Shown here one piece after another: positions 1 to 8,056 of a stretch of DNA of 64,000 bases; the first letter of the stretch is position 1, and each line of letters begins with the position of its first letter. The DNA is from Candidatus Foliamicus sp. (lineage in GTDB: Bacteria; Pseudomonadota; Gammaproteobacteria; Steroidobacterales; Foliamicaceae). Where the stretch lies: NCBI GenBank assembly GCA_965238055.1, contig OZ250178.1, positions 2,009,184 through 2,073,183 on the forward strand, in the 5' to 3' direction. Below the pieces are notes generated by a model. The model had not been told where the DNA came from, searched no databases, and saw only the letters and a list, made by a program, of their open reading frames with translations. The position numbers and the translations under genes were made by a program.

Positions 1-281
1 GGGACATCGGTGACGAGCACGATCTTGAGCAGGCGCCTGAGCTGGTCGGCCAGGATGACGGCAGTTACCTGGTCAGCGCCAAGATGCGCATCGAGGAGTT
101 TGACGAGCAGATTGGCTCGGAATTGGATACCGGCGAGTTCGACACCGTCGGCGGCCTGGTCATTCATCGGCTCGGGCGCCTTCCCAAGCGGGGCGAACGC
201 GTCAGGATCGGGGATTGGCAGTTTGAGGTAACAGCGGCCGATCGGCGCCGCGTGAAGCGGCTCAAGATCAGCCGCGCCTGA
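1..281 (+). CDS. corC: CorC/HlyC-family transporter-associated protein, C-terminal part (5' end outside window)
   Basis: Frame 3 is open from the window edge (DIGDEHDLEQAPELVGQDDGSYLVSAKMRIEEFDE...). The C-terminal pattern TVGGLV..LGRLP..GE......F.V...D.RR is typical of the CorC_HlyC domain. It lies next to lnt, as in the ybeX-lnt neighbourhood. Confidence 0.75.
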   Translation, partial: DIGDEHDLEQAPELVGQDDGSYLVSAKMRIEEFDEQIGSELDTGEFDTVGGLVIHRLGRLPKRGERVRIGDWQFEVTAADRRRVKRLKISRA

Positions 282-294
282 GCTTTGTGCGTGC

Positions 295-316
295 CTGCCG
301 GGCTTCCGCCCGGCGC
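295..316. terminator. GC hairpin between convergent corC and cytochrome c genes
   Basis: GCCGGGC-TTCC-GCCCGGC at 297-314. No clear U-tract on either strand. Confidence 0.3.
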
Positions 317-765
317 TAGAGAGTCTTCAGGTAGGCGATGAGCGCAGAGCGCAGTTCAGGTTGCGGGATGCCCACGAAACTCATGATCGTTCCCGGGACC
401 ATGTTTGACGGTTGCTGCAGCCACAAGTCCAGCTTTTCTTCGGTCCAGGCAAAATCCTGTTCCCGTAGCGCGTCGGAATACGTCGAGCCGTCCACGGCTG
501 CAACGGGCCGATCCACGATGCCCTCAAGATGGGGGCCGATCTTGCTGTCAAGTACGGCTTCAGTTGAGTGACATGCCTGGCAGAACACGTAAAGCCGTTT
601 GCCCCGTGCAACAAGCTTGGGATCCAATGTCTGGGCGTCCGAAGAGCCGGTATCGTCCTCGGCGTCTTCGGCAGCGAGAGGAGGCAATATCGCCGTTGCT
701 GCAAAGAGAACTGCACCGCCAAGCACGGCGGTAACCCAGGAAAGTCGCTTACTGGAAACTTTCAT
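316..765 (-). CDS. Class I (c2-like) monohaem cytochrome c, exported
   Basis: N-terminal hydrophobic signal/anchor (VTAVLGGAVLFAATAILPPLAA). Single CxxCH motif (CQACH). Distal Met region NMVPGTIMSF. The ATG overlaps the upstream stop (ATGA at 762-765). Confidence 0.85.
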   Translation of the reverse strand: MKVSSKRLSWVTAVLGGAVLFAATAILPPLAAEDAEDDTGSSDAQTLDPKLVARGKRLYVFCQACHSTEAVLDSKIGPHLEGIVDRPVAAVDGSTYSDALREQDFAWTEEKLDLWLQQPSNMVPGTIMSFVGIPQPELRSALIAYLKTL

Positions 766-2246
766 GCCCGCTGCAGGATCTCAAAGGCGGCGCGCTCGCC
801 GCTCTCCAGCGCCGCTTCCATGCCAAAGTCCATTCGCCGCGTGTGTTCCCCGGCAAAGTGCAGCCGGTGGTGAGGGATGATCATTTCCCTGGCGAAACGA
901 TTGATCTGCCCGGGTGCAAATAAATGGCGGCAGCCCTGGATCATGGGGTTCTTCCGCCATCCGTAAAGCGACAGAAACTGCAATTTACCTTTGGTTGAAG
1001 GACGAATACGGGCGATTTCGGACTCGATCAGCGCAATAGCCTGATCGTCGGGCAGTTGGTCGATTCGCGCCGAAGCCGGACCCGTGAAAATCACGGTGAA
1101 CCGGTGCTTGTCCTCGTTCGGAAGTTTGTCCAGGACCAACAAGGCCTGAATGGTTTCGTCGGTAAAGAAGGAGGGTTCATGGCCGTCAGCCCAGTAGGGT
1201 TCGCTCAGGACGCCGAAGGCGCGCGTGGTGCCTCTGTAGCCAAGCGTCGCAACCGCTTCAGCCTGACGGCCCGTGTATCGCGGGCTGACCGTAATGTTGC
1301 GCAAGGTTGAGAACGGCGCCGCGCTAATTACGAATTCGGCGCGATAACGGCTGCCGTCAACACACCTGACTTCCGCCCCGGATCCCGACATGTCGATTTC
1401 CGCAACGAACTTGCCTGGCCGGACGCGGTCTCCCAGCGCCTGGGCCATGGCTTCAGGCAACCTTGAAGTTCCCCCTTCAATGTTCCTGATCGGGGTGACT
1501 TCGTTCTCTTCCTGCTCTCCGGCCGCCAGCCCAAAGAGCGCCACCGCCTCTTGCGGTGTCGATCTGCCGAAATTGGCGTCGAACTTTGTTCGGGTTTGCT
1601 CCTGCATCATTCCCAGGCCGGACGTGTTGCCCAGGTCCGCAGACCGGCTCATCAGCTTCAGGGCCGCGTGCGATACACCGTTTTTCTCAAACAATTCCTG
1701 CATGGATATATCGAAAGAAGCAAAGTCCGGAGAAAGCCAGTCGTCCAGCTCCTTCAGTGGATTCAGCCTGGACAACAACTGATTTGCCAGCATCAGCGGG
1801 GGTACTGCCCGTTCGTCTTTGATCGTCTTGTTCACTGGAGAGTCCGGCCATTCAGCGGAAGTGACCCACGTCCCGTCCACGTAGTTCGACATCGGCAGTA
1901 AGCTGCGAATATCGGGAATCAGATTGAGACCCAGTCGAGAACAGAGATCGATCGCCCTCGCATAGGAACGGCCGACCTCGCTGGCGCCATATTCGGGACG
2001 CGTTTCGACGTCATCGCCGGTAAAGGCTCGCCCCCCGATGCGGTTCGATCCTTCCAGCAGTATGACGTCCAGCCCGAAGTCCGTCAGCAGCAATGCGCAG
2101 TTCAGCCCCGACAGCCCGCCCCCGACTACCACCACCGTTGTTTTTTCGGCGGCAAAGGCGCCGCGAGGACCCAGTAGCGGATACGCGAGTGACAAGGCCG
2201 ACAGGGACACTGCCCCCTTTAGGACCTGTCTTCTTCGTACGCTCAT
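762..2246 (-). CDS. Flavin amine oxidase family oxidoreductase with twin-arginine signal
   Basis: Tat-like N-terminus MSVRRRQVLKGAVSLSALSLA. FAD fold VVVVGGGLSGLNCALLL....LLEGSNRIGGR. I place the start at ATG 2244-2246, which overlaps the lnt stop as ATGA, rather than at the ORF-track start 2276. Confidence 0.8.
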   Translation of the reverse strand: MSVRRRQVLKGAVSLSALSLAYPLLGPRGAFAAEKTTVVVVGGGLSGLNCALLLTDFGLDVILLEGSNRIGGRAFTGDDVETRPEYGASEVGRSYARAIDLCSRLGLNLIPDIRSLLPMSNYVDGTWVTSAEWPDSPVNKTIKDERAVPPLMLANQLLSRLNPLKELDDWLSPDFASFDISMQELFEKNGVSHAALKLMSRSADLGNTSGLGMMQEQTRTKFDANFGRSTPQEAVALFGLAAGEQEENEVTPIRNIEGGTSRLPEAMAQALGDRVRPGKFVAEIDMSGSGAEVRCVDGSRYRAEFVISAAPFSTLRNITVSPRYTGRQAEAVATLGYRGTTRAFGVLSEPYWADGHEPSFFTDETIQALLVLDKLPNEDKHRFTVIFTGPASARIDQLPDDQAIALIESEIARIRPSTKGKLQFLSLYGWRKNPMIQGCRHLFAPGQINRFAREMIIPHHRLHFAGEHTRRMDFGMEAALESGERAAFEILQRA

Positions 2247-3832
2247 TCCCGCTCTCCGCTGCGACTGGAAACCCAACGCGCGATTCTAACCGCCGTCGGC
2301 AGCACGATTCCGAGCAGTACGCAAAGGACAATCACGGGCCAGTCCCCATAGCGGACATACGGTGTCGAGCCGGTAAGCCGCGGCACGCTGACGTCCAAAA
2401 ACCCGGCTTCGTGCTTCGGTAACCGGGAGATGATGCGCCCGGCCGGATCTATCGCCGCGGTTATGCCGGTGCCGGTAACCCGCAACAGGTATCGGCCTGC
2501 TTCCATTGCCCGCATTCGGGCCATGTCCAGATGCTGCTCGAGAGCTACCGTGTCGCCGAACCAACCGTCGTTGCTTACGTTGATGAGCACCTCCGCTTCG
2601 GGAGCCCACCTTCGCTGTTCCGTTCCAAAGGCGGCCTCGTAGCAAATGCTCACGCCGAAAAGTACCCCGGCTGCGCGTATCGGTGCTTGCCCGACGGAGC
2701 CTCTGGCCAGATTGGGGGCCGGAAGCTTCATGCGCTCAAGCCAATCCTTTATCGCATCCGGGGCCGGAAAAAACTCGCCGAACGGAACCAGGTGGTGCTT
2801 GTGGTAAACGCCTGCACCGGCGCCCAGCACGATCAGGGAATTAAGGCGCCCGTTCTCGGTATCAGTGAGAATGCCGAGCGCCAGCGCCAAATTTCTGTCG
2901 CGCAAGAACTGATCCATGTCATCGAGGTATCTCCTGACAGAATCCTGCGTGTCGGGGATCGCAACTTCCGGCCAGATAATCAATTGAGGCCCCGGGGCTG
3001 ATGCGCTGCCCCCGATCCTCCCGAAGCTTAAGTTCTCGTATGTCGTAAGCGTGCGAAGAAAGGCCTCTTCCAGCCACTTCTCTTCCTGTGGGATTCCGCC
3101 TTGAACCAGACGCGCCCGCAGTTGTTGATTGGATTCGTTGTGCTGGTTCGCCAGGGGAATCTGCCCCAGGCCTACGAAGGCGGTCAGCAGCAAGAGTACG
3201 CTGACCGCTCGCTTGCCGGCGCTTCCCTTCAGGCGCAGCAGAAGCAGACAGGCGCCTGCCAAAGCAGCCGTAATCCAGCTCACCAGGTACATGCCACCCA
3301 ACGGCGCAAGGACCGCCGGCAGTTTTCCGGCGAACACCGGACCGGTCAGGTATCCGGCGCTCAGCCATGGAAATCCGGTGAAGACCCAGCCCCTGATCCA
3401 TTCGGCGAGCACCAGCACCGACGGCAGGATCACGAGCAGCGCCAGCCGGGGCTTGTCAGTCCGGCAGCGCGCCACCCAGTAGCCGCCGAGGGCATACCAG
3501 CTACCCATCAACGCCGCCAGCAGGACGACCAGCGCTACCGCCACTGCAATCGGCCCGCCGTTGACGACTCGAACGCTGTGGTAAATCCAGTGGCAGGCGA
3601 CTGAGAAAGCGCACAGCCCGAAAGCGAAACTGCCCAGCGCGATTGTCTTGGGGCTGTTTCCCTCCCTTGCGCCGGACCAAAGCGACAAGAGCAATGTAAG
3701 TCCCGCCAGACCGATGAACCAGCGAAGTAGCGGCCAGCCCGGGTAGAAGCAAAAAGCCGCCGCCCAGAGCAGTCCGCCGATAGCGCCTTTAGTTAGTTCC
3801 TTTTTCACGCTGATGCAAGAAGACTCGGACAA
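2243..3832 (-). CDS. lnt: Apolipoprotein N-acyltransferase
   Basis: 529 aa. Multi-TM N-terminal half followed by a CN-hydrolase domain with the ICYEAAF (catalytic Cys) and NVSNDGWFG motifs. Confidence 0.9.
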   Translation of the reverse strand: MSESSCISVKKELTKGAIGGLLWAAAFCFYPGWPLLRWFIGLAGLTLLLSLWSGAREGNSPKTIALGSFAFGLCAFSVACHWIYHSVRVVNGGPIAVAVALVVLLAALMGSWYALGGYWVARCRTDKPRLALLVILPSVLVLAEWIRGWVFTGFPWLSAGYLTGPVFAGKLPAVLAPLGGMYLVSWITAALAGACLLLLRLKGSAGKRAVSVLLLLTAFVGLGQIPLANQHNESNQQLRARLVQGGIPQEEKWLEEAFLRTLTTYENLSFGRIGGSASAPGPQLIIWPEVAIPDTQDSVRRYLDDMDQFLRDRNLALALGILTDTENGRLNSLIVLGAGAGVYHKHHLVPFGEFFPAPDAIKDWLERMKLPAPNLARGSVGQAPIRAAGVLFGVSICYEAAFGTEQRRWAPEAEVLINVSNDGWFGDTVALEQHLDMARMRAMEAGRYLLRVTGTGITAAIDPAGRIISRLPKHEAGFLDVSVPRLTGSTPYVRYGDWPVIVLCVLLGIVLPTAVRIARWVSSRSGERE

Positions 3833-3971
3833 GATAGTGGGGAAGAGTTAGTTCATTGGCCAAACGAAACCCGAAAAGGTCGCCCGATTGGTTCAATGCC
3901 CAATGTCCGGCGCAAGGCGATCAAGGAACTTCTTCGGAGAGACCTTGGCCGTGCTACCCAAGATCCTCAGG

Positions 3972-4376
3972 CTATTCCACCGAATCACGTTGGCCACCGG
4001 AACAACATATACGTTCACCTCGGGGAACGGAACTATGTCGGAAAGTAATGAATCCTCTGATACGACTGAGTTTTTCTTGGAATCCCGTCTCACTGAAGCT
4101 GCGTCCTGACCCAACCTGATTACTGGGAGTGAAGTAAACGCCGCCATTGGTAATCCATCGTACCTCCCACTTTTCATTTTCTGGGTCGAGAAGATCGTAT
4201 CCTGCACCTTCTGAGGGCGCCAATCTCCAGTCCTGATGTTCGTTGGCTAATCTTCGTTCAATGATGAAAGAAACTCGGCGCCCGTCCGTGAAATATTCGC
4301 GCACGTCATCTCTGGAAATACGAAATGCTCGCGCGAGTTCTGCCTCATCCCAGGTAATTCTGAATTTTTCTTGCAC
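3972..4376 (-). CDS. Putative type II restriction endonuclease (PD-(D/E)xK-like); 3' end may continue to 3893 in another frame
   Basis: GTG start at 4376 with SD GGAGG 6 nt upstream, 36 nt downstream of the methyltransferase gene. GYDLLDPENEKWEVRWI has the D-x2-D-x6-E-x-(K/R) spacing I recall from PvuII (GNDAVDNAGQEYELKSI). A second open frame (3893-4207) encodes a more protein-like tail. Confidence 0.45.
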   Translation of the reverse strand: MQEKFRITWDEAELARAFRISRDDVREYFTDGRRVSFIIERRLANEHQDWRLAPSEGAGYDLLDPENEKWEVRWITNGGVYFTPSNQVGSGRSFSETGFQEKLSRIRGFITFRHSSVPRGERICCSGGQRDSVE

Positions 4377-4412
4377 CTGCGCCTCCGCAAACGCGACCCC
4401 GCCTGCAAATTG

Positions 4413-5642
4413 CTATAGGCGCTGTAACAGTACGATGCGATTGGTGTTAGTTCCCTTCGTTCCGTTCACCACACCCCAGCAATTTGCAGTCTTCGTGAAT
4501 TTTTGGTCGTTAATCATTACCCCCAACCTGTCGAACGGGAGCGATTGCGCAGCTTGCCAAACAAGACCCTCAAGTAGGATGCGTCCTCCTCGCACCTCCC
4601 CAACTTCAAATGCTACGTAGCCACCTGGCCTGACTATCCTGGCCAGTTCGCGCAGAACACTATGGACCATTCCGGTCCATGCGTCTTCCGTTCGGTGCAT
4701 GTCTATGGCTACCATTGATGGATCGATGCCCGCAAACCAGCATCGCAGCCAATTGTCGGCTGCATATTGCACAACATCCAGGAACGGGGGTGACGTTACA
4801 ACGAGATCGACACTGCCGTCAGCTATTTCCGGCATGTCCCAGGCGGTCTTGGTATGTAAGCTGAATCTGGCCGGTCTAGGAGCGCACCCATCGCGCAGAA
4901 GCGACATTGACTTCTTGATTATCAGTTTTTCAACGTCACGCTCGGGTGGCTCAACACCCAGTTTCTTGTTTATCTTCAACTGGGCCGTAATCGAGACTGC
5001 CTGATTGGGAGGAAGCGATCGCCCAGAGAAGAATCCCGGCGAATGCCCAGATAGACGGCTAAGCGCTACCATCCGTATCCAATCTACTACTGGTTGAACC
5101 TGCTGACCGCCGGTCGGGGTGTTGTCCCGAATCCAAGTCCTCAGGGCTTCGAGCTTCCGCAGAGTCGTGGGGTGGTAGAACGCAAGAAGGTCCTTTCTTG
5201 CAATTTCGCCACTGCTCCAATTGACATTGCACAGGGCGCCCCTGATTTGTTCCAGCGTTATCGGGCCCAATCGAGGACGAGTGAGCATTAGAGAGAGAGG
5301 ATTGATGTCGTTTCCGTATGCGCAACGATCCATTAGAGCGGCCTGAACGGGTGTTGTACCCCGTCCCATGAATGGATCAAACACCGTATCTCCAACTCTT
5401 GTTAGACGAGCAATGAAGAATTCCGGCAATTGAGCCTTGAAACATGCGCGATATGACACCTCGTGAATGGAATGGGATCGCCTTTGACCGGCAGTCCAGA
5501 ACTCGTTTACATAGTAAGGAATACCGCCTTCGTTAAGTAGACTTGTGGCTTGCCCAAAGTCGCTGAACTTGGATACGTTCGTGATGAAATGTTCACGAGA
5601 TTGAGCAAACAAGTGATTCTCGGAGATCGAGAGTTGCATCAT
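4413..5642 (-). CDS. N4/N6 DNA methyltransferase
   Basis: AdoMet motif I VFDPFMGRGTT at aa 87-97. Catalytic motif IV TSPPF at aa 283-287, with about 190 aa (putative TRD) between them. Confidence 0.85.
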   Translation of the reverse strand: MMQLSISENHLFAQSREHFITNVSKFSDFGQATSLLNEGGIPYYVNEFWTAGQRRSHSIHEVSYRACFKAQLPEFFIARLTRVGDTVFDPFMGRGTTPVQAALMDRCAYGNDINPLSLMLTRPRLGPITLEQIRGALCNVNWSSGEIARKDLLAFYHPTTLRKLEALRTWIRDNTPTGGQQVQPVVDWIRMVALSRLSGHSPGFFSGRSLPPNQAVSITAQLKINKKLGVEPPERDVEKLIIKKSMSLLRDGCAPRPARFSLHTKTAWDMPEIADGSVDLVVTSPPFLDVVQYAADNWLRCWFAGIDPSMVAIDMHRTEDAWTGMVHSVLRELARIVRPGGYVAFEVGEVRGGRILLEGLVWQAAQSLPFDRLGVMINDQKFTKTANCWGVVNGTKGTNTNRIVLLQRL

Positions 5643-5705
5643 GTTCTATGCGCCACGTTATCGGGTCATCAAGAAAGGCAAGGTTGGCAATGGGGGATCA
5701 AATGC

Positions 5706-5722
5706 TGTGACACTTCGTCACA
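5706..5722. promoter_or_regulatory. Palindrome TGTGAC-N5-GTCACA upstream of the methyltransferase gene (operator candidate)
   Basis: tgtgacacttcgtcaca is read directly from the sequence. It lies in the 146-nt gap between gene 5789-6211 and the methyltransferase start. Confidence 0.3.
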
Positions 5723-5788
5723 AGTGCCTAACGAGACAAATGTGCACAGGAATGGAAAGCCGGCGAATCTTGCATTCAACAGCGTTAC

Positions 5789-6211
5789 CTAAGGCGCTTC
5801 CAGCCACCTTGCGTGTGCCGCCAATTCGTTAGCATGTTGCTTTTGTTGTTCGCGTCTCTCGTCCATGGTTATCTTCAGAAAAATGCCGGCATGGTAGACG
5901 TTTTCCGGAATCGGAGTGGCTTTAACGGTTCTGCCGCTCGTTGCCGCTGCCTCAACAGTCAGTATTGCCCATCCCTGACATTGCCGAGGAGGTGTCCTGG
6001 CAGCCGCGCGTATCCTACACAGGTCAGCCATTTCAGAGAGTGGCGCATGATCCATTCGATCGACCGAAATAGACGGTGCTTCTGCATCTTCGAGAAAAAC
6101 GTCACGAATGATTACGTTCTTCGCCCGAGCTCGTTTTGCAACTCTGCTGGAAACAACACTTCTGCCCAGTCTCTCATCATTCCCTAAATTAGGCAGACTG
6201 GATTGCATCAC
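5789..6211 (-). CDS. Hypothetical protein P3 (third gene of coupled trio)
   Basis: 140-aa ORF. Its start (GTG 6211 or ATG 6208) overlaps the stop of the upstream gene. Lies in AT-richer DNA. I recognise no motif with confidence (notable strings SISVDRMDH, GWAILTVEAA, ENVYHAGIFL). Confidence 0.6.
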   Translation of the reverse strand: MMQSSLPNLGNDERLGRSVVSSRVAKRARAKNVIIRDVFLEDAEAPSISVDRMDHAPLSEMADLCRIRAAARTPPRQCQGWAILTVEAAATSGRTVKATPIPENVYHAGIFLKITMDERREQQKQHANELAAHARWLEAP

Positions 6212-6828
6212 TTAGCGCTAGAAGTTTTCTTTAGTGCTTCCAATTGAGCCTTAACGAATTCATCCGGCATTTCTGTAGAGTCCTCAAAACGCGCTCGCCG
6301 ACTCTTGCCATTCGTGTAAGCGAAACATGCTCCTTGCAGATCATCATTTATCTCAATGATTACTGCTTCCGATGCCACTGGTGACCGAAAATGAATCGCA
6401 ATTTCTCCATCCTTGGTGGGATATATTGTTGGTGCTATGGTTTGATACCGCAGATCATTTAGTATCCTTTTCGCTTCGCTCCGCGCGGCTGAGCCAATCT
6501 GCGGCAGATTATCCTCCTTGATCTCCTCGTCGATTGTTGCTAGTTCCGTCAGCGCTTCAGGAAGCCAAGTCCTATCTTCCAATAGTTCTTGGATCTCTAA
6601 GTAACGAGCAGAGTTCAGCAGTTCAAAAGATTTCCTCAGCTCACCATGCTGCTGCTCAGCCTCTGCTTGGCGTCTTCTTGCATTCCCAATCAATTTGATC
6701 AGGCGTGCTCTTGGCGCCTTTGTGAAACTCACCTTTTGGCTTGATTCCCGATGTCGCGGGAATGGCATTGGACGGTATGTGTATGGGTCTTGATTTGGAT
6801 GGATAGCCAATTCCGTTGCCGACATCAT
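6208..6828 (-). CDS. Hypothetical protein P2 (second gene of coupled trio)
   Basis: 206-aa ORF. ATGA overlap with the upstream gene at 6825-6828, with the strong SD GAGGAGAGGG directly upstream. Charged, helical-looking centre (RRRQAEAEQQHGELRKSFELL...IDEEIKED). The C-terminal half alternates beta-like segments (GEIAIHFRS...AVIIEINDD). Confidence 0.65.
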   Translation of the reverse strand: MMSATELAIHPNQDPYTYRPMPFPRHRESSQKVSFTKAPRARLIKLIGNARRRQAEAEQQHGELRKSFELLNSARYLEIQELLEDRTWLPEALTELATIDEEIKEDNLPQIGSAARSEAKRILNDLRYQTIAPTIYPTKDGEIAIHFRSPVASEAVIIEINDDLQGACFAYTNGKSRRARFEDSTEMPDEFVKAQLEALKKTSSAK

Positions 6829-7619
6829 CCCTCTCCTCGATTTAGGCCAACTGCTTTGTCTGCAACGTCGGATAGCCCACTTATGATTCGATCCAAGTTG
6901 TCAGTATCTTCAGCGTCACGCAGCAGTATGGAAACATTTGTACTTACAAACAACTCATCATTGAATTGAAGGGATTTTTCTACCAATCTTTGCAGGCTCC
7001 AATTTTTCTTGGTACCGATCAGAGCAATACGTATAGACGGCTGATAGGATACTGCTGCTTCAGACTCTAACGCTTCCAAGATCTTGTCGTGAGCGAATTG
7101 GTTCAGATATTCGTCTACCGATTGCTCATCGTCCGAGTGCACATGCTCGTTGCAACGAAAATATAGCGTGTCTTGCTTGTGGCTGCCAAAATCAGATGCA
7201 AGCCAGCCTAAGGTGGATCGCATCGTCGAAAATACAGCGGGGTAGGCAGCATAGCTTACATTCTTGAAAGTCAGTCTCAGTTCATTTGGTGTAAGTGTGA
7301 TTAAGCATGCGCCTCCAAACAATCGGCACCTGCACGACATATCACCTAGAGAATTAGACAAGTTCACATTAAAGTCTTCTGCGAGCACTATTGTGTCAAA
7401 CCTTTCTGCGAGCCCACTAATAAACTTTTGCGACGCACCCGCCCAGTCAGCAATGAAGGGCGTCAGTGCAACACTGAATTCCAACTGTTTGTCGTGGGAT
7501 CTGACCGGCAAGTTCATCAGTCTAAGCGGATTTTCCATTTGATAATCCAAAAAGTCTAACACTGACAAAGGGTCAGTGAGATTCAGTCCTATTTTGAATT
7601 CTTTCCCGCAATCATGCAC
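6825..7619 (-). CDS. Hypothetical protein P1 (first gene of coupled trio)
   Basis: 264-aa ORF with a GTG start at 7619 and no clear SD, so the true start is uncertain. No signal peptide or TM segment, and no motif recognised. Confidence 0.55.
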   Translation of the reverse strand: MHDCGKEFKIGLNLTDPLSVLDFLDYQMENPLRLMNLPVRSHDKQLEFSVALTPFIADWAGASQKFISGLAERFDTIVLAEDFNVNLSNSLGDMSCRCRLFGGACLITLTPNELRLTFKNVSYAAYPAVFSTMRSTLGWLASDFGSHKQDTLYFRCNEHVHSDDEQSVDEYLNQFAHDKILEALESEAAVSYQPSIRIALIGTKKNWSLQRLVEKSLQFNDELFVSTNVSILLRDAEDTDNLDRIISGLSDVADKAVGLNRGEG

Positions 7620-7825
7620 TTCGGAGTGGAAGCGGGGAGACTATTAAACACGCAACTCCGAAAAGAAAGTTCTGTTCGAAGCAATCTATAAACAAAATCG
7701 GGTAGAAACTAATGCTCTATCGACTTTATCTCCTTGAGGTTGTGTCTCCATAAGTAACGATATGGCGTGCTATGCGCGATTCCGCAAGTCGGGATTTCGT
7801 CCCGGAAAATTCGGGGGTAATGCAC

Positions 7826-8041
7826 ATGCCAAAGAAGCTCTGCGGCGTATATCTCATTGCCGTAGCCGTCCTGGTTGCAATCCACACCGTCGCCGAGCCG
7901 CTGTACCACGCGTCAGGACCCGGCCAGCCATACAGTCCATTCTGGACCATTGTGAACCCTTTGACGGCGCTGGCAATTGTATTGGGCGTTATCTTCAACT
8001 ACACGCGCAAGCAGGGCGCCGGTGTCGTGTCCCGGGAATAA
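7826..8041 (+). CDS. Small membrane protein (2 predicted TM segments)
   Basis: ATG at 7826 preceded by GGGGG. Two hydrophobic stretches (VYLIAVAVLVAI and LTALAIVLGVIF). Confidence 0.4.
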   Translation: MPKKLCGVYLIAVAVLVAIHTVAEPLYHASGPGQPYSPFWTIVNPLTALAIVLGVIFNYTRKQGAGVVSRE

Positions 8042-8056
8042 GTTTCGCATCAGCGC

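Noticed and set aside
5706-5722. Reading the palindrome as a CRP/FNR-type site (TGTGA...TCACA).
   Set aside because: The spacer between the TGTGA and TCACA pentamers is 7 nt rather than the canonical 6. It is kept only as a generic operator candidate.
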